DNA of 64,000 nucleotides, taken from positions 295,551 through 359,550 of IMG/VR virus record IMGVR_UViG_3300015606_001334; one strand, written 5' to 3'. Made by a program: the position numbers and the translations under genes. Under the pieces are notes generated by a model, which saw nothing but the letters and a program-made list of their open reading frames with translations, did not search any database and was not told the DNA's origin. This document shows positions 29,308 through 39,018 of this stretch, piece after piece; the stretch's first letter is position 1, and every line of letters starts with the position of its first letter. The DNA is from a virus. Lineage: Duplodnaviria; Caudoviricetes.

Positions 29308-29955
29308 TTATTTTATATTTTTGATGTGTTGCTTAACTTTTTGGACGTAGCCTAGCCCACTAGGGTTAGCGACTTCTCTTACGCCGCCTGGTCCCTTGTT
29401 GTAAGCTGCAACAAGTTTGTCGCCTTCGTACCCATAATCGTCAGATAGAATCTTCAGATATCGAGTAGAAATCTCAACGTTGAACATGTCGTTCATGATG
29501 AGATTGGCGATGACTTCTTCGTCAGTGTGGGTATGGAAATCATACTTGTCCCACAACTGAGGAAAACGATTCAACACAGCTTTACAAGCTGAGAGCTTTA
29601 CTTGGCCGATACCGTAGTAACGCTCATTAGTTTTCAAGCCAAATTCTTGACCTGCAACCTTGTATGAATCAAGTCCACCAGCCTTAGATTCTTGGATGAG
29701 AATACCTTGAGCAAGCTCAGGCTTCTTTAAACCAATTGCCTTACCGATAGTGTAGGCGAAATCTAAAATGCGGTGTTGCTTCTCAGAAAGATTCTCTGGG
29801 ACAGCAAAGGTTAATGGATTACCGCCGATTGCTTTGTCAAATTTCGGAGAAATGACAGATGTGCCAACCTTTGGTTGTGTAATTTGATAAAAGTTGCCTA
29901 GAACTCCTACCGACATGACTGAAACGACAGCCAATATAGACAGTGTTAATCGCAC
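29308..29955 (-). CDS. Lytic transglycosylase (SLT) with N-terminal signal/anchor
   Basis: ILIQES, YGIGQVK and AAYNKGPG motifs. Hydrophobic N-terminus. AAGGAG RBS before GTG. Confidence 0.8.
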   Translation of the reverse strand: MRLTLSILAVVSVMSVGVLGNFYQITQPKVGTSVISPKFDKAIGGNPLTFAVPENLSEKQHRILDFAYTIGKAIGLKKPELAQGILIQESKAGGLDSYKVAGQEFGLKTNERYYGIGQVKLSACKAVLNRFPQLWDKYDFHTHTDEEVIANLIMNDMFNVEISTRYLKILSDDYGYEGDKLVAAYNKGPGGVREVANPSGLGYVQKVKQHIKNIK

Positions 29956-30041
29956 TGAATACTCCTTTCTTGTTGTTGAGACAATAGAGAGTGCTCTATA
30001 AGTAAAGCATCAATCTTCGTATGTATCGGTATAGCTATGCT

Positions 30042-30050
30042 ATTATAACA
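30042..30050 (-). promoter_or_regulatory. Extended -10 promoter TGTTATAAT
   Basis: TGnTATAAT upstream of the SLT-primase-helicase operon. Confidence 0.55.
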
Positions 30051-30071
30051 TATTTCCTGCTCTAAATAAAC

Positions 30072-30102
30072 AAAAAGGATAAATGACCTAAGCCATTTAT
30101 CC
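30072..30102 (-). terminator. Rho-independent terminator
   Basis: GGATAAATG...CATTTATCC stem with a U-tract on the - strand. Confidence 0.7.
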
Positions 30103-30129
30103 CATTTGACTTTTGCAGTTTTTTATTTA

Positions 30130-30561
30130 TTAGCCGAAGACTTTAGTTGTCTTGTCTAGTTGTGCTTCTGCTGGGTTGGTAAAGTCGGAACCGATCATCT
30201 TGTCGGAAACCTTAGTAGTGACTGAACCAAGAGTGTCACGAGAAGCCAATGCGCCCTTTGGACGCTTGGTCTTAACGCAGTTGAAGTGGAAGAAATCCAA
30301 TGCATTCATACCATTACTTAGGGTAGCCTGGGATAGTAGCTCCCATAGTGGGTATTTGTCTGCGTGGATTGAGGTAACGATCTTCTTTAGACGTTGCTTA
30401 TCGATGTTGTGTAGTGGGGAAATTGGGATGTAGTAGATGGTACCATCATCTTCTTCCTTTACGATTGCAACTTCTTGAAGAAGGCCTGAGTCATCAACGT
30501 CAACACGGAAAATGTGTGGTAGATCAGTTGCCTGCTTCGCGATGGTTTCTTTGATTGCCAT
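30130..30561 (-). CDS. Hypothetical protein (late gene)
   Basis: 143 aa, AAGGAG RBS, TATAAATA upstream, biased codon usage. Confidence 0.75.
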   Translation of the reverse strand: MAIKETIAKQATDLPHIFRVDVDDSGLLQEVAIVKEEDDGTIYYIPISPLHNIDKQRLKKIVTSIHADKYPLWELLSQATLSNGMNALDFFHFNCVKTKRPKGALASRDTLGSVTTKVSDKMIGSDFTNPAEAQLDKTTKVFG

Positions 30562-30644
30562 TAACTTGCTCCTTATTGGTATGGAAATATAAATTTTGTG
30601 ATTTGGTTATAAATACATCTAGAACCAAATCATTTCACTCAAAT

Positions 30645-30652
30645 TATTTATA
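30645..30652 (-). promoter_or_regulatory. T4-like late promoter TATAAATA
   Basis: TATTTATA on +, 84 nt upstream of ATG 30561. Confidence 0.75.
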
Positions 30653-30681
30653 CCTCCGAAAAGAGCTTTTTCGGCCAGTTA

Positions 30682-31065
30682 TTACCGACCTCCGTTAAGG
30701 AACCATTGAGTAGACTTTTCTATTGACTCTGACGGACCCGTTCCGCTTTTAACGGTTGAGTCATCAGTATCTCCATACACGAGAATGAAGCGTTTCCCTT
30801 CTTGAGGAAGCTCAATGATTCGAACCTTCGCGTAATACTCACGCTCTCGTTCAATCCATTCATCGATCATTCTGTCGATATGCAATCCACCATCAGGAAC
30901 TCTCGACCAAAAGTGAGTAGTTCCTTCTAGTTTTGCTTGCTCGTACAAAGCTAGGGATCGCTGAGCCTGGGCTTTCATGTTAACTCGATGGTGCTCATAC
31001 TCAGCAATTTTCTTTTCAACTTGGGCTTTAACCAAATCAGCATCAATCTCGTGTCGGATATTCAT
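30682..31065 (-). CDS. Hypothetical protein
   Basis: 127 aa, tightly coupled to the RNase H gene. Confidence 0.6.
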   Translation of the reverse strand: MNIRHEIDADLVKAQVEKKIAEYEHHRVNMKAQAQRSLALYEQAKLEGTTHFWSRVPDGGLHIDRMIDEWIEREREYYAKVRIIELPQEGKRFILVYGDTDDSTVKSGTGPSESIEKSTQWFLNGGR

Positions 31066-31066
31066 C

Positions 31067-32032
31067 TTAGAAAGAAATCAGTCCAGAAGTTTTGGTCTTC
31101 TTCAAGTCTTTTTGATTCTCATGTAGACTGAAGATTTCATTGTAATTCATGGATTCGTCAGCGACTGCCTTAAGCTGATACTTGCCCAAGAACTTCATGA
31201 AATGGAAGTAGGAGAATTGCGCCCGATTCTGGATGGCATTGTCGATTGTTTCCTGAATGAGCTGCTTGATTTCTTCAGGTTGACATTCAAGATCCATCAG
31301 AAGCTTGTTCTCTTCAAACAGGTCTTTCACGACGAATGTCTGAGTGATTTCGCCAGTCTCAGGATCCTTGACGCTCCAAGTATCGTTCATCAAGTTTGCT
31401 CGCTCGTATGGGTCCTTGTAGGCCTTTTCGATTCGAGTAGAACGAACTCGTGGGTATGCCGTCATGACGTTGTCGCCTCCGTCTCCACGAATACATTTCT
31501 CAAAGATGAAGTAATCGGGATCGTCACAAGTGCGCTCTTTACCCTTGTCTGGGTTGATGAGTCGAACATTCTTATAGCGAAGGAGCTGAGTAAAGTCTTT
31601 GTCGCCAGATAGAACGATGATTTCGTCGCCCGCTTCAGAGAATCGCTTGGTAAAACCAGCAACTAGGTCGTCACCTTCAACACGATCTGCATGGAGGACC
31701 GTTGCGGTAGTGTGAAGTTTCAAGAATTCCTTAAAGGAATCAACTAGTTGGAAGAATAGCTCATTCGTCGCGGTATAAACTCGGTTGCCCTTGTAAAGAC
31801 GCTTCGAAACACAAGCATCACTTTTCGTGTATTCCTTACGCCAGTTATTACGACCTTCAAACGCAAACGCTACCTGATCCGGCTTATGCTTCTTGTAGTG
31901 AGACAAGACTGTGCGAAAGCACATGTGCATTGCAAGACCGGCGTTGAGTTCGTCATCGTCAGTCTTGATTTTCTGGTTTGCAGAATGAACTCGGAACAGG
32001 AGGTTCGGAGTATCAATAATCAAACGTTTCAT
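31067..32032 (-). CDS. rnh: 5'-3' exonuclease / T4 RNase H (FEN-like)
   Basis: LIID..N, WRK.Y...YKGNR, EGDDL, SGDKDFTQL and GDGGDNV motifs. Confidence 0.9.
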   Translation of the reverse strand: MKRLIIDTPNLLFRVHSANQKIKTDDDELNAGLAMHMCFRTVLSHYKKHKPDQVAFAFEGRNNWRKEYTKSDACVSKRLYKGNRVYTATNELFFQLVDSFKEFLKLHTTATVLHADRVEGDDLVAGFTKRFSEAGDEIIVLSGDKDFTQLLRYKNVRLINPDKGKERTCDDPDYFIFEKCIRGDGGDNVMTAYPRVRSTRIEKAYKDPYERANLMNDTWSVKDPETGEITQTFVVKDLFEENKLLMDLECQPEEIKQLIQETIDNAIQNRAQFSYFHFMKFLGKYQLKAVADESMNYNEIFSLHENQKDLKKTKTSGLISF

Positions 32033-32349
32033 TGGTTGACAATCTCAATCTTTTCTGGATCTAGCGAAGAAAGAAGTTCGAGCTTTTCTACGAAGCCAGT
32101 AGAGAAAGGTTCGGCAAGGCCCAATAGGAATTCCTTTTGTTCCTCGTTTACCTTCATTTTTGCACCGTCACGAATCAACTCGAAGGCGACAGAAGCGAAC
32201 ACCGAACCCATGCAGAAAGCTAGATCGCCAACAGTAGGTTCTGCCTTAGCAGCCTGCTCATCGACAGCTTCAATTGCTTCGTGAATCTTATTTTGGAGAC
32301 TAATTTGCAGGGCACGATAGAAATCGGCCAAATTCTTTTCGTCAGACAT
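32029..32349 (-). CDS. Hypothetical protein
   Basis: 106 aa, ATGA overlap with rnh, AGGA RBS. Confidence 0.6.
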   Translation of the reverse strand: MSDEKNLADFYRALQISLQNKIHEAIEAVDEQAAKAEPTVGDLAFCMGSVFASVAFELIRDGAKMKVNEEQKEFLLGLAEPFSTGFVEKLELLSSLDPEKIEIVNQ

Positions 32350-32360
32350 TTGTCTTTCCT

Positions 32361-32630
32361 TTAAACTTGTATGGTTGTGGAGTTTAGATCTTCTTTTGAT
32401 ATTTCTTCAGGCTTCGACAAGTCGAAGGGACGAAGTTTGGAATATTCACCATAATAGCCTTGGATTTCTCCAATCCCATGGTAAACATTGAGTTCTGTCA
32501 GGCCTCCGCCTGGGGTCAAGACAGCAAGAACCACTTTGATTTCTTGTGCGTCCTGATGATTGATGGCATTCCGCATTGCAAAAATGCCAGGCTCAGTTGG
32601 GAGTTGCTCCCACTTTTCATTAAGTGACAA
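32361..32630 (-). CDS. Hypothetical protein
   Basis: 89 aa, in the operon. Confidence 0.5.
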   Translation of the reverse strand: MSLNEKWEQLPTEPGIFAMRNAINHQDAQEIKVVLAVLTPGGGLTELNVYHGIGEIQGYYGEYSKLRPFDLSKPEEISKEDLNSTTIQV

Positions 32631-33276
32631 TTACCTTCTCCAACTGAGGAATGTAGGCGCGAACAAAGGTGTTCTGGCTCTTAAGCACAAACTTGATGTT
32701 CTCGTAAGCGGCTTCTTGGTCGAAGAACTTGCGACGAGCAATCTTCAACATTGGAAGAACGAAGTTCTCTGTTTCGTCGACATAGCTCATTTGCTTGGTG
32801 GTAGTAAACACGTGAGCCATGCTGCTTTGGTTGTGGATACGGTCGCCACCTTTAGCAATACTGCCATGAGGAGTTTTTGCGAGATTCGCGTAATACTCTT
32901 CAGTTGAAAGCTTCTTACCTTTGTACTCTTTGCTGATGACCATGATTTCATCGGCCATTTCGCAGCCAACTACACCACAAACTTGTTCAAAGGTAACGAA
33001 TGGAGCCTTCGCACTGTAATCTTCGAGGATGTCATGACCAAGAGCGAGACCGATAACCAATGCAGGATTTCGGAGGTCGCTCAAGGTTCGCATGAAGTGG
33101 GCAATTTCCAATTGGTGTTGGAATTCTGGTGTGCTACCGTCTTTGCGAGTACCAACATGGACATCCTTCGCAAATTCCAGCATGTTTAGAGCTGGAACAT
33201 ATGACTTGTCAAACTTTGCAGCCGAGATCAAGTAATAGCGAAGGGAAAGATACAGCTTTTCGAAGGTTGTTGCCAT
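32620..33276 (-). CDS. HD-domain (p)ppGpp hydrolase-like protein (SpoT/Mesh1-type small alarmone hydrolase)
   Basis: H.GTRKDGSTP...H, GHDILED and K..DRIHN motifs. Confidence 0.8.
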   Translation of the reverse strand: MATTFEKLYLSLRYYLISAAKFDKSYVPALNMLEFAKDVHVGTRKDGSTPEFQHQLEIAHFMRTLSDLRNPALVIGLALGHDILEDYSAKAPFVTFEQVCGVVGCEMADEIMVISKEYKGKKLSTEEYYANLAKTPHGSIAKGGDRIHNQSSMAHVFTTTKQMSYVDETENFVLPMLKIARRKFFDQEAAYENIKFVLKSQNTFVRAYIPQLEKVIVT

Positions 33277-33423
33277 TTTGTTGCCCCTTGTTTATAGTTC
33301 AATTCCACATCTTGTACAACACCAAGATGTTTTTCCATTCTTATCGGTGAAGCGTATTTGTACGTGCCGTTTGTTGAACCAACAAATAATCCATTTGAAA
33401 ATATTCATTTGCGACTTTCTTAA

Positions 33424-33432
33424 ATTATATCA
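33424..33432 (-). promoter_or_regulatory. Extended -10 promoter TGATATAAT
   Basis: TGnTATAAT ~150 nt upstream of the HD gene, with GTTTCA near the -35 position. Confidence 0.55.
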
Positions 33433-33439
33433 CAAATTT

Positions 33440-33739
33440 TCAACTTCTGAAACGATTTCTCTCAGATGTCATAGTTGGGGCAGCAAGAGAGTCATCTGAG
33501 ACGGCCTCATTTAAACCATCCGCTTTTGGAATGATCAAGCTGCCTAGAAAGAAATTTTCAACAATCTCCTGCTCATTATGACCAGTGAAGCCAGCTCTTT
33601 TCAAGTTATCAAGAAAAGCAGGATTCCATGCCATGTCGTAACGAACTGAGCCATCAACTACACCGTTAGTGTTGAAGCGGGCCCAAGGGGTTTTGCTACG
33701 CTGCTGTAGCTTTTCTTCCATCCATGAAAAGAAACTCAT
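33440..33739 (-). CDS. Hypothetical phage protein
   Basis: 99 aa, PW...WN..F...L...G..G..E.EIV pattern. Confidence 0.6.
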   Translation of the reverse strand: MSFFSWMEEKLQQRSKTPWARFNTNGVVDGSVRYDMAWNPAFLDNLKRAGFTGHNEQEIVENFFLGSLIIPKADGLNEAVSDDSLAAPTMTSERNRFRS

Positions 33740-34134
33740 AGCGCACGTCCTTGCTTCTGAATCATTCGATTCTTAACGATTGCGGCAATGTCTTCAACGA
33801 TGACGTCAGTGAAGACTTGACGGTATGGCTCAACCAAAATATCGAGCATATCATTCATCAAATGCGCGACAGGTTCAGAACTTGACAGATAGTAATCGAT
33901 ATCGTTAGGCTTGAAGTTTACCTTCTTGACCTTGCCATTCAACTCAACTGAAACTTCGGTCTCATGAGTGTTTGGGTTGGTAACAACCACGATATTTGAT
34001 TTGTGTTTTTTCAACTCAGCTTCGGTTTCAGCTAGCTTTTCTGAGAGCTCTTTGATCTGCAGTTCTAGCTTAAGCTGAGTTGAAAGGCGATCGGCAATAG
34101 TAATGTCGGTCGCTACTTTCAACCCAGTAGTCAT
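33736..34134 (-). CDS. Hypothetical coiled-coil protein
   Basis: 132 aa, ATGA overlap. Confidence 0.6.
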   Translation of the reverse strand: MTTGLKVATDITIADRLSTQLKLELQIKELSEKLAETEAELKKHKSNIVVVTNPNTHETEVSVELNGKVKKVNFKPNDIDYYLSSSEPVAHLMNDMLDILVEPYRQVFTDVIVEDIAAIVKNRMIQKQGRAL

Positions 34135-34138
34135 TGGT

Positions 34139-34918
34139 TTAATCTCCTTGAGTGTTAGTTTGCGGGACTAGGATAATCACATGGTTATTTATGATCAGCC
34201 GAAGTGTACCGCCCTTGCCAACAATCATGGGGAAAGAGGTCTCGGTTTCTGGAAGAGCGTCGTTGATCTTGCGGATTAGGGCAAGGAAGACATCAGTGAT
34301 GTAGTAGTAGACGAAGGTTGCAGGCTCATCAACGAACTGGACATTGTCGGAAACCTTGATAGAGAAGACGTCCTGATTGGTGTCGTAATATTCGATGAAG
34401 GCTTCGTACTTGTCACCATTCTGCTTGCACATGAGGGTAAAGGTCTTTGCACCCATAGCCTTGGCAGCAGAATTCAAAGTAGGAACATCGGTCTTACCGA
34501 TTTCGACAACTGCTAGTTCTTCATCATTGACAGCCTTAGGTGCCTTGATGATGGAAGGAGAAGCGCAACGGAATTGAGTCTTTGCCTTGCTGTTCTTTAG
34601 GCCAAGAACAGAAACTTCGTTCTTGTTGTTCACTTCGACAGAAACTTCGAAGGAATCATCACCATTAAGAACGTTCATACGCGAACGAAGAATGTTCATG
34701 CGTGATAGGCCGAGCACCTTACCTTCTTTGCCAAGGGTTGGAACGTCGTTGTTGGATAGAATCAAACATGTGCGGTCATCATTGATGCCGCGGATTACTG
34801 CTTGACCCACATCACCATCTGGATCATTTTCAATTAGAACGTTCTCGATACCTGCAAGCATACAGGTTTCGATGACCTTGCTCAGTTGCGTAACGCTTTC
34901 TTTGCTCAAACTAGACAT
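34139..34918 (-). CDS. Probable DNA polymerase sliding clamp (gp45/PCNA-like)
   Basis: 259 aa directly after polB. Two alpha/beta halves with a Pro-containing linker (ASPSIIKAPK). Inferred from size and context. Confidence 0.45.
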   Translation of the reverse strand: MSSLSKESVTQLSKVIETCMLAGIENVLIENDPDGDVGQAVIRGINDDRTCLILSNNDVPTLGKEGKVLGLSRMNILRSRMNVLNGDDSFEVSVEVNNKNEVSVLGLKNSKAKTQFRCASPSIIKAPKAVNDEELAVVEIGKTDVPTLNSAAKAMGAKTFTLMCKQNGDKYEAFIEYYDTNQDVFSIKVSDNVQFVDEPATFVYYYITDVFLALIRKINDALPETETSFPMIVGKGGTLRLIINNHVIILVPQTNTQGD

Positions 34919-34930
34919 AAACTTCTCTCC

Positions 34931-37654
34931 TTAAAACTCGATAATTGTTTTGATAAATTGACCTTGAACCGTTGGCACTTCATGACCCCAAGCTTCAAAT
35001 ATTCCTTCAAGCTTCGCATCGATCATCTTCTCTTCAGTAAGTGCGACGTCAACCTTGAAGTTGTCTTCGAACCAACGAGGGAATTTGGAAATATCAGCGG
35101 GGAAGGCGATGCTCGTAATCTTATGTGGATTACCACGAAGGTAGAACACCTTCACTTTATCGCCTGATTGAATCAGCTTTGCGCCAGCACCTTCATGTTC
35201 CAACGCTTGTTGGTTATACATGACTGCTGCACGAATGTGGCCAGGAAGTCTAACCTTCTTCTTACCAGTCAATTCATACTTCTTGTACTCTTCGTACTGG
35301 TTGTCAAGGTTATTTGCGGCTCTCGCTACACCAAGTTGAATTATATCATGATATGCGCTCTTTGAAAACAGTTTTTTGCGCTGAACATTCACAAATTCTT
35401 CAATCTTTTCATACTGATCACCGTTCAAGATCATCTCAACGGTTTCCTTCAAAAAACCTTGAATTGGTTTTGGTGTATCAGCCTTCTTGATTTCGGATCC
35501 CATGGTCTTAAGCTTGTCGGTTGCAACACCTTCAAGGTCGACGACTTTGATGAGATACTTCTTCTTGGCTTGGAAAAGACCACGAACGCCGACGATTTCT
35601 CGACCTGCCTTGATGAGGTCATGGAAGTCTGGTTCTTGACAATTGAAGGCTTCCTTCATGAAACCTGGGAAGGAATCATTCACGCCTTCTGCGATAGTGT
35701 CAGCAATCTCGACTGCTTCTTCCTTATTGGTCGCATAGGTCAAGAAGTATGAGGAGTCAGTATCTCCATAGATGACAGGAGAATCTTCGTCGGTCTCGTA
35801 GAACTTTGATGTCGTGCCGTCTTTGTTGATTTCAGTCCAAGACGTTAGCTTGGAATATTTGCCAGTCAGGAGTTCACCAATGGTTCCCATCATGTGGGTC
35901 GTAATTTGACGACCTGTTGCGGTAACAGAGGCTCCCATCTCGACTCGGAAATAACGGAAGAAGGCGTTCAGTAGAGCACCATAACAGGAGTTCAACTGGA
36001 TCTTGCGTGTAAGCTGTAGAAGGTCGAAGTATTCTTCTTGTGTCTTAGCCTCAATGAACTTAGCAGAGGTAGTATCACCAGAGTCTTCAATTTCTTTACG
36101 GATCTTGGTCCACTTCTTCTTTTCTGCCTGAAGTTTCTTACGACCGAAGTACCAATCTTCAAGAACAGTTGGGATCAAACCCTTACCAGACGATTGGTCA
36201 AAGACTGTACCATAAGCAGATAGAGCCCACTTCTGTTCCTTGAGCATTTCTGCCCATTGTTCACCGGTTAGACCGACTTCTTCTCCATCTTCCAAGGTTA
36301 GGAAGTGCATCTTGTCATCCTTAGCTCGGATGCCCGCCCAATCAGATTCACCATTGACAAATTGTCCAATGATCTTTTCTGGGGAGATGTTCAAGCTTCG
36401 AATAACCGAAGGATATAGAGAGTTGATGTCGACAGATCCGACCCATTCGTGGAGACCGATCTTAGGAGTCAGAACGATGGCGCCTTCAACCTTGTCAGTA
36501 TCCATTGGGGGACGCTTGTCGCCAACGATCTTACCAAGAACTCGGTGAGCATAGTTGGAGAAACCTGTCTCGACGTACTTCACTGTACCTAGAACTGCGT
36601 CGAGAAGAACTGTGTTCTCATGCGACATCATGTTTGCTAGGTTGATGAACTTGAACTTGTCGTCCAATCGGTGTAGAATTTCGACGTCTCGTACGTTGTA
36701 CTTGATGAAGTGTAGGAAGTCGTTATTGTACAGGTCGTACAAAGTACCTTCATAGTCCAACTTTGGAATGTCGAGCTCTTCTTCAGCGATTGCAGCCAAA
36801 GAGTAGGAAGAACGACCTTCAAAGGTAAACTTCTTGAACAATCTCAGATAGTCAAGGTGGTTACGACCTGAGATATTCACGGTGACTTTCTCAGATCCGA
36901 ACTGCTCAACAGAACCGAATCTTGGCTCTTCTGCGCCAAGGAAGCTCCACTTACGCATACCCTTGTTACCAAGAACTTCACGAGTTCTTTCAACCAGGTA
37001 TGGCATATCGTAGAACTCTGAGTTCCAGCCGCTTAGTACGTCGGTATTTTCAATCTCCTTGAGAGTTTCCTCAAGAAGTATCGTTTCATTGGCAACCACT
37101 CGAAGGTCAGTGATGACATCGGAACCGATATCTTCGAGTGACAGCTTACGAGGTAGCTTGTCGACGAATCCCTTTGGTGGGACTACGATCGTGATGTATT
37201 CTCCAAGCCATTGTTTGTAAATGGTGATTGCGTTGATTGGGCGCTTACCATTTCCTGGTCTTGCAGTTTCAAAGCCTTCTTCTGGGTCGTAATCGACCTC
37301 AATATCTATGAAGGCATAGTTGAGTTTTGGGATTGGAGCCCCATAGTAATGGTTCATCAGGATTCGGTCCAAAGGACTGAAGTCTGATTCAAATCGAGTC
37401 TTATGCTTCTTACAAGCTGCATAGTGTTCACTCTTATCGGCGAAGACCAATTTTTTGACTCGATCGTTGAAGAGGGTTATGTGTTCACCATTTGGATCTG
37501 GAACGAACATGTAGTAGGGAGCATCGTAAACGTAGGGTCTACGAGTTCCTTCGGAATCTCGCTCCCATACGATTACCTTTTGCTGGTCCTGGTCAAAGAC
37601 CGCCCCCACATAACCTGCTTGAGGAACATGCTTCTCATTTTTGACAATTATCAT
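34931..37654 (-). CDS. gp43: Family B DNA polymerase (T4 gp43-like)
   Basis: Exo motifs DIEVD, GWNSEFYD and YNVRDV. Pol motifs DINSLYPS, KIQLNSCYG, YGDTDS and KKKY. Confidence 0.95.
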   Translation of the reverse strand: MIIVKNEKHVPQAGYVGAVFDQDQQKVIVWERDSEGTRRPYVYDAPYYMFVPDPNGEHITLFNDRVKKLVFADKSEHYAACKKHKTRFESDFSPLDRILMNHYYGAPIPKLNYAFIDIEVDYDPEEGFETARPGNGKRPINAITIYKQWLGEYITIVVPPKGFVDKLPRKLSLEDIGSDVITDLRVVANETILLEETLKEIENTDVLSGWNSEFYDMPYLVERTREVLGNKGMRKWSFLGAEEPRFGSVEQFGSEKVTVNISGRNHLDYLRLFKKFTFEGRSSYSLAAIAEEELDIPKLDYEGTLYDLYNNDFLHFIKYNVRDVEILHRLDDKFKFINLANMMSHENTVLLDAVLGTVKYVETGFSNYAHRVLGKIVGDKRPPMDTDKVEGAIVLTPKIGLHEWVGSVDINSLYPSVIRSLNISPEKIIGQFVNGESDWAGIRAKDDKMHFLTLEDGEEVGLTGEQWAEMLKEQKWALSAYGTVFDQSSGKGLIPTVLEDWYFGRKKLQAEKKKWTKIRKEIEDSGDTTSAKFIEAKTQEEYFDLLQLTRKIQLNSCYGALLNAFFRYFRVEMGASVTATGRQITTHMMGTIGELLTGKYSKLTSWTEINKDGTTSKFYETDEDSPVIYGDTDSSYFLTYATNKEEAVEIADTIAEGVNDSFPGFMKEAFNCQEPDFHDLIKAGREIVGVRGLFQAKKKYLIKVVDLEGVATDKLKTMGSEIKKADTPKPIQGFLKETVEMILNGDQYEKIEEFVNVQRKKLFSKSAYHDIIQLGVARAANNLDNQYEEYKKYELTGKKKVRLPGHIRAAVMYNQQALEHEGAGAKLIQSGDKVKVFYLRGNPHKITSIAFPADISKFPRWFEDNFKVDVALTEEKMIDAKLEGIFEAWGHEVPTVQGQFIKTIIEF

Positions 37655-38676
37655 TTTTTGGCTTTGCTTTTTCTTATTAGCTCTCGAACGAATTCAACAT
37701 CCATGTATTGATTTCGGTCTACCATATCCTTGTAGATGTGGCAAATTGAACATGCATTATCGCCTTTGTCTGGAACCAAACCCATCAACTGTAGGCGAGC
37801 ATACTGCATCTCTTCACTATTTATCGACTCAAGAACACCATCAGTGAAAGCATTAACCGACCCAAATTCTTTTCTCATGAAACGGCAGCAACCAAACATT
37901 CTGCCATCTGAGTTGATCTGAGGAGCATGCCACATTAGGAAGCAAAGGCTCTTCATGTAAAAGACTTGTTCGCCATTCTGAGCGAGATGCTCGTCTGGAG
38001 TCAACGCAGTAAATCCAGTAGCTTTTTCAACTAGCTCACGATCTCGAATTGGGCTATAGTCAGGGTTCCAATTGATCTTTGGTAGGAAAGACATCTTCAA
38101 CTCTTTGGCGAGCTCTCGTGCTTTACTGATTTCATGCTCATTGTGACCAAAGATAATGTAAGTCCAGTTCAAACGAGGGTAGATAGACTTATGCTTTTCC
38201 TTCATTTGGTTGATGTACTTGACGTTAGCAATTACGTTGTCAAAGTTTCCACCAACTCGATAGATCTTGTAGGTACCTTGGCTGGCGCCGTCAATCGAGA
38301 CCTTCATGCTCTTCAATTGATACATGACCAATGCTTCGAGAACTTCTGGTTTTGCGTGATTGAGGTTGACGCCGACGTCTGCAGTTAGGTAGATCCCTTT
38401 CTCGTATCCATACTTCAGGATAGGGATCAAGTCTGGGTTCAAGAAAATTTCACCGTGACTGCATAGTTCGATTTCTTCGATCCATGGGTTCTCGTCAATG
38501 ACCTTCTTGAATGTTTCGAAATGAACGTAGCCCCGCTTTTCTTCCTTCGACTTGTAGGTCATTGGGCATGCAGGACACTTCAGTTGGCACATTGAAGTAA
38601 GATCGATTCTTACCTTCTTAGGCTTGACAATCGTTAGTTCTTTGATTTCTTCGGGTGAAAGATCTTTTAATTCCAT
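37651..38676 (-). CDS. Radical SAM protein with SPASM/twitch domain
   Basis: CQLKCPAC, SIDGA, C-terminal C..W....DGR.FGCC...CSIC. ATGA overlap with polB. Confidence 0.85.
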   Translation of the reverse strand: MELKDLSPEEIKELTIVKPKKVRIDLTSMCQLKCPACPMTYKSKEEKRGYVHFETFKKVIDENPWIEEIELCSHGEIFLNPDLIPILKYGYEKGIYLTADVGVNLNHAKPEVLEALVMYQLKSMKVSIDGASQGTYKIYRVGGNFDNVIANVKYINQMKEKHKSIYPRLNWTYIIFGHNEHEISKARELAKELKMSFLPKINWNPDYSPIRDRELVEKATGFTALTPDEHLAQNGEQVFYMKSLCFLMWHAPQINSDGRMFGCCRFMRKEFGSVNAFTDGVLESINSEEMQYARLQLMGLVPDKGDNACSICHIYKDMVDRNQYMDVEFVRELIRKSKAKK

Positions 38677-38683
38677 ATGTTTT

Positions 38684-38703
38684 TGGGACGGTTTCCCGTC
38701 CCA
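38684..38703. other. GC-rich hairpin (GAAA tetraloop on - strand)
   Basis: TGGGACGG-tttc-CCGTCCCA, 7 nt upstream of the rSAM ATG. Confidence 0.7.
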
Positions 38704-38708
38704 TTCCT

Positions 38709-39017
38709 TTACTCGTTGTCGTCGCCATCTTCACCATGAATGGTGAACATCATTTCAATGGCGTTCTCTAGGCTTTCTGCTTCTGCGAGTTTTTCGACTG
38801 CGTTGTTCTTTTGGGTGATGTTTGCAAGGATCTTGAAGAGCTTAGGATCAATGTCGATCTTTTCCTTGATGTCATCAACGATAACCTTCATGCTTTCCTT
38901 CTTGTCCTTGATGCTATCAAGAAGCTTCACATACTCATCAATGCTGTTGTTCAGCTTGGTACGGTCAGCGGAGTTATTCATGATGTCTTCAATACGGCGG
39001 TGATTACCTTTTGCCAT
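38709..39017 (-). CDS. Small dsDNA-binding protein (T4 DsbA/GapR-like)
   Basis: 102 aa, helical. IKEKIDIDPKLFK pattern and acidic tail. AAGGA RBS. Confidence 0.5.
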   Translation of the reverse strand: MAKGNHRRIEDIMNNSADRTKLNNSIDEYVKLLDSIKDKKESMKVIVDDIKEKIDIDPKLFKILANITQKNNAVEKLAEAESLENAIEMMFTIHGEDGDDNE

Positions 39018-39018
39018 T

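Noticed and set aside
33277-33439. tRNA or riboswitch in the intergenic region
   Set aside because: Only short hairpins; no cloverleaf or recognisable aptamer consensus could be seen.
34931-37654. Intein or intron in polB, helicase or primase
   Set aside because: Lengths are normal, motifs are contiguous, and no splicing signatures were seen.
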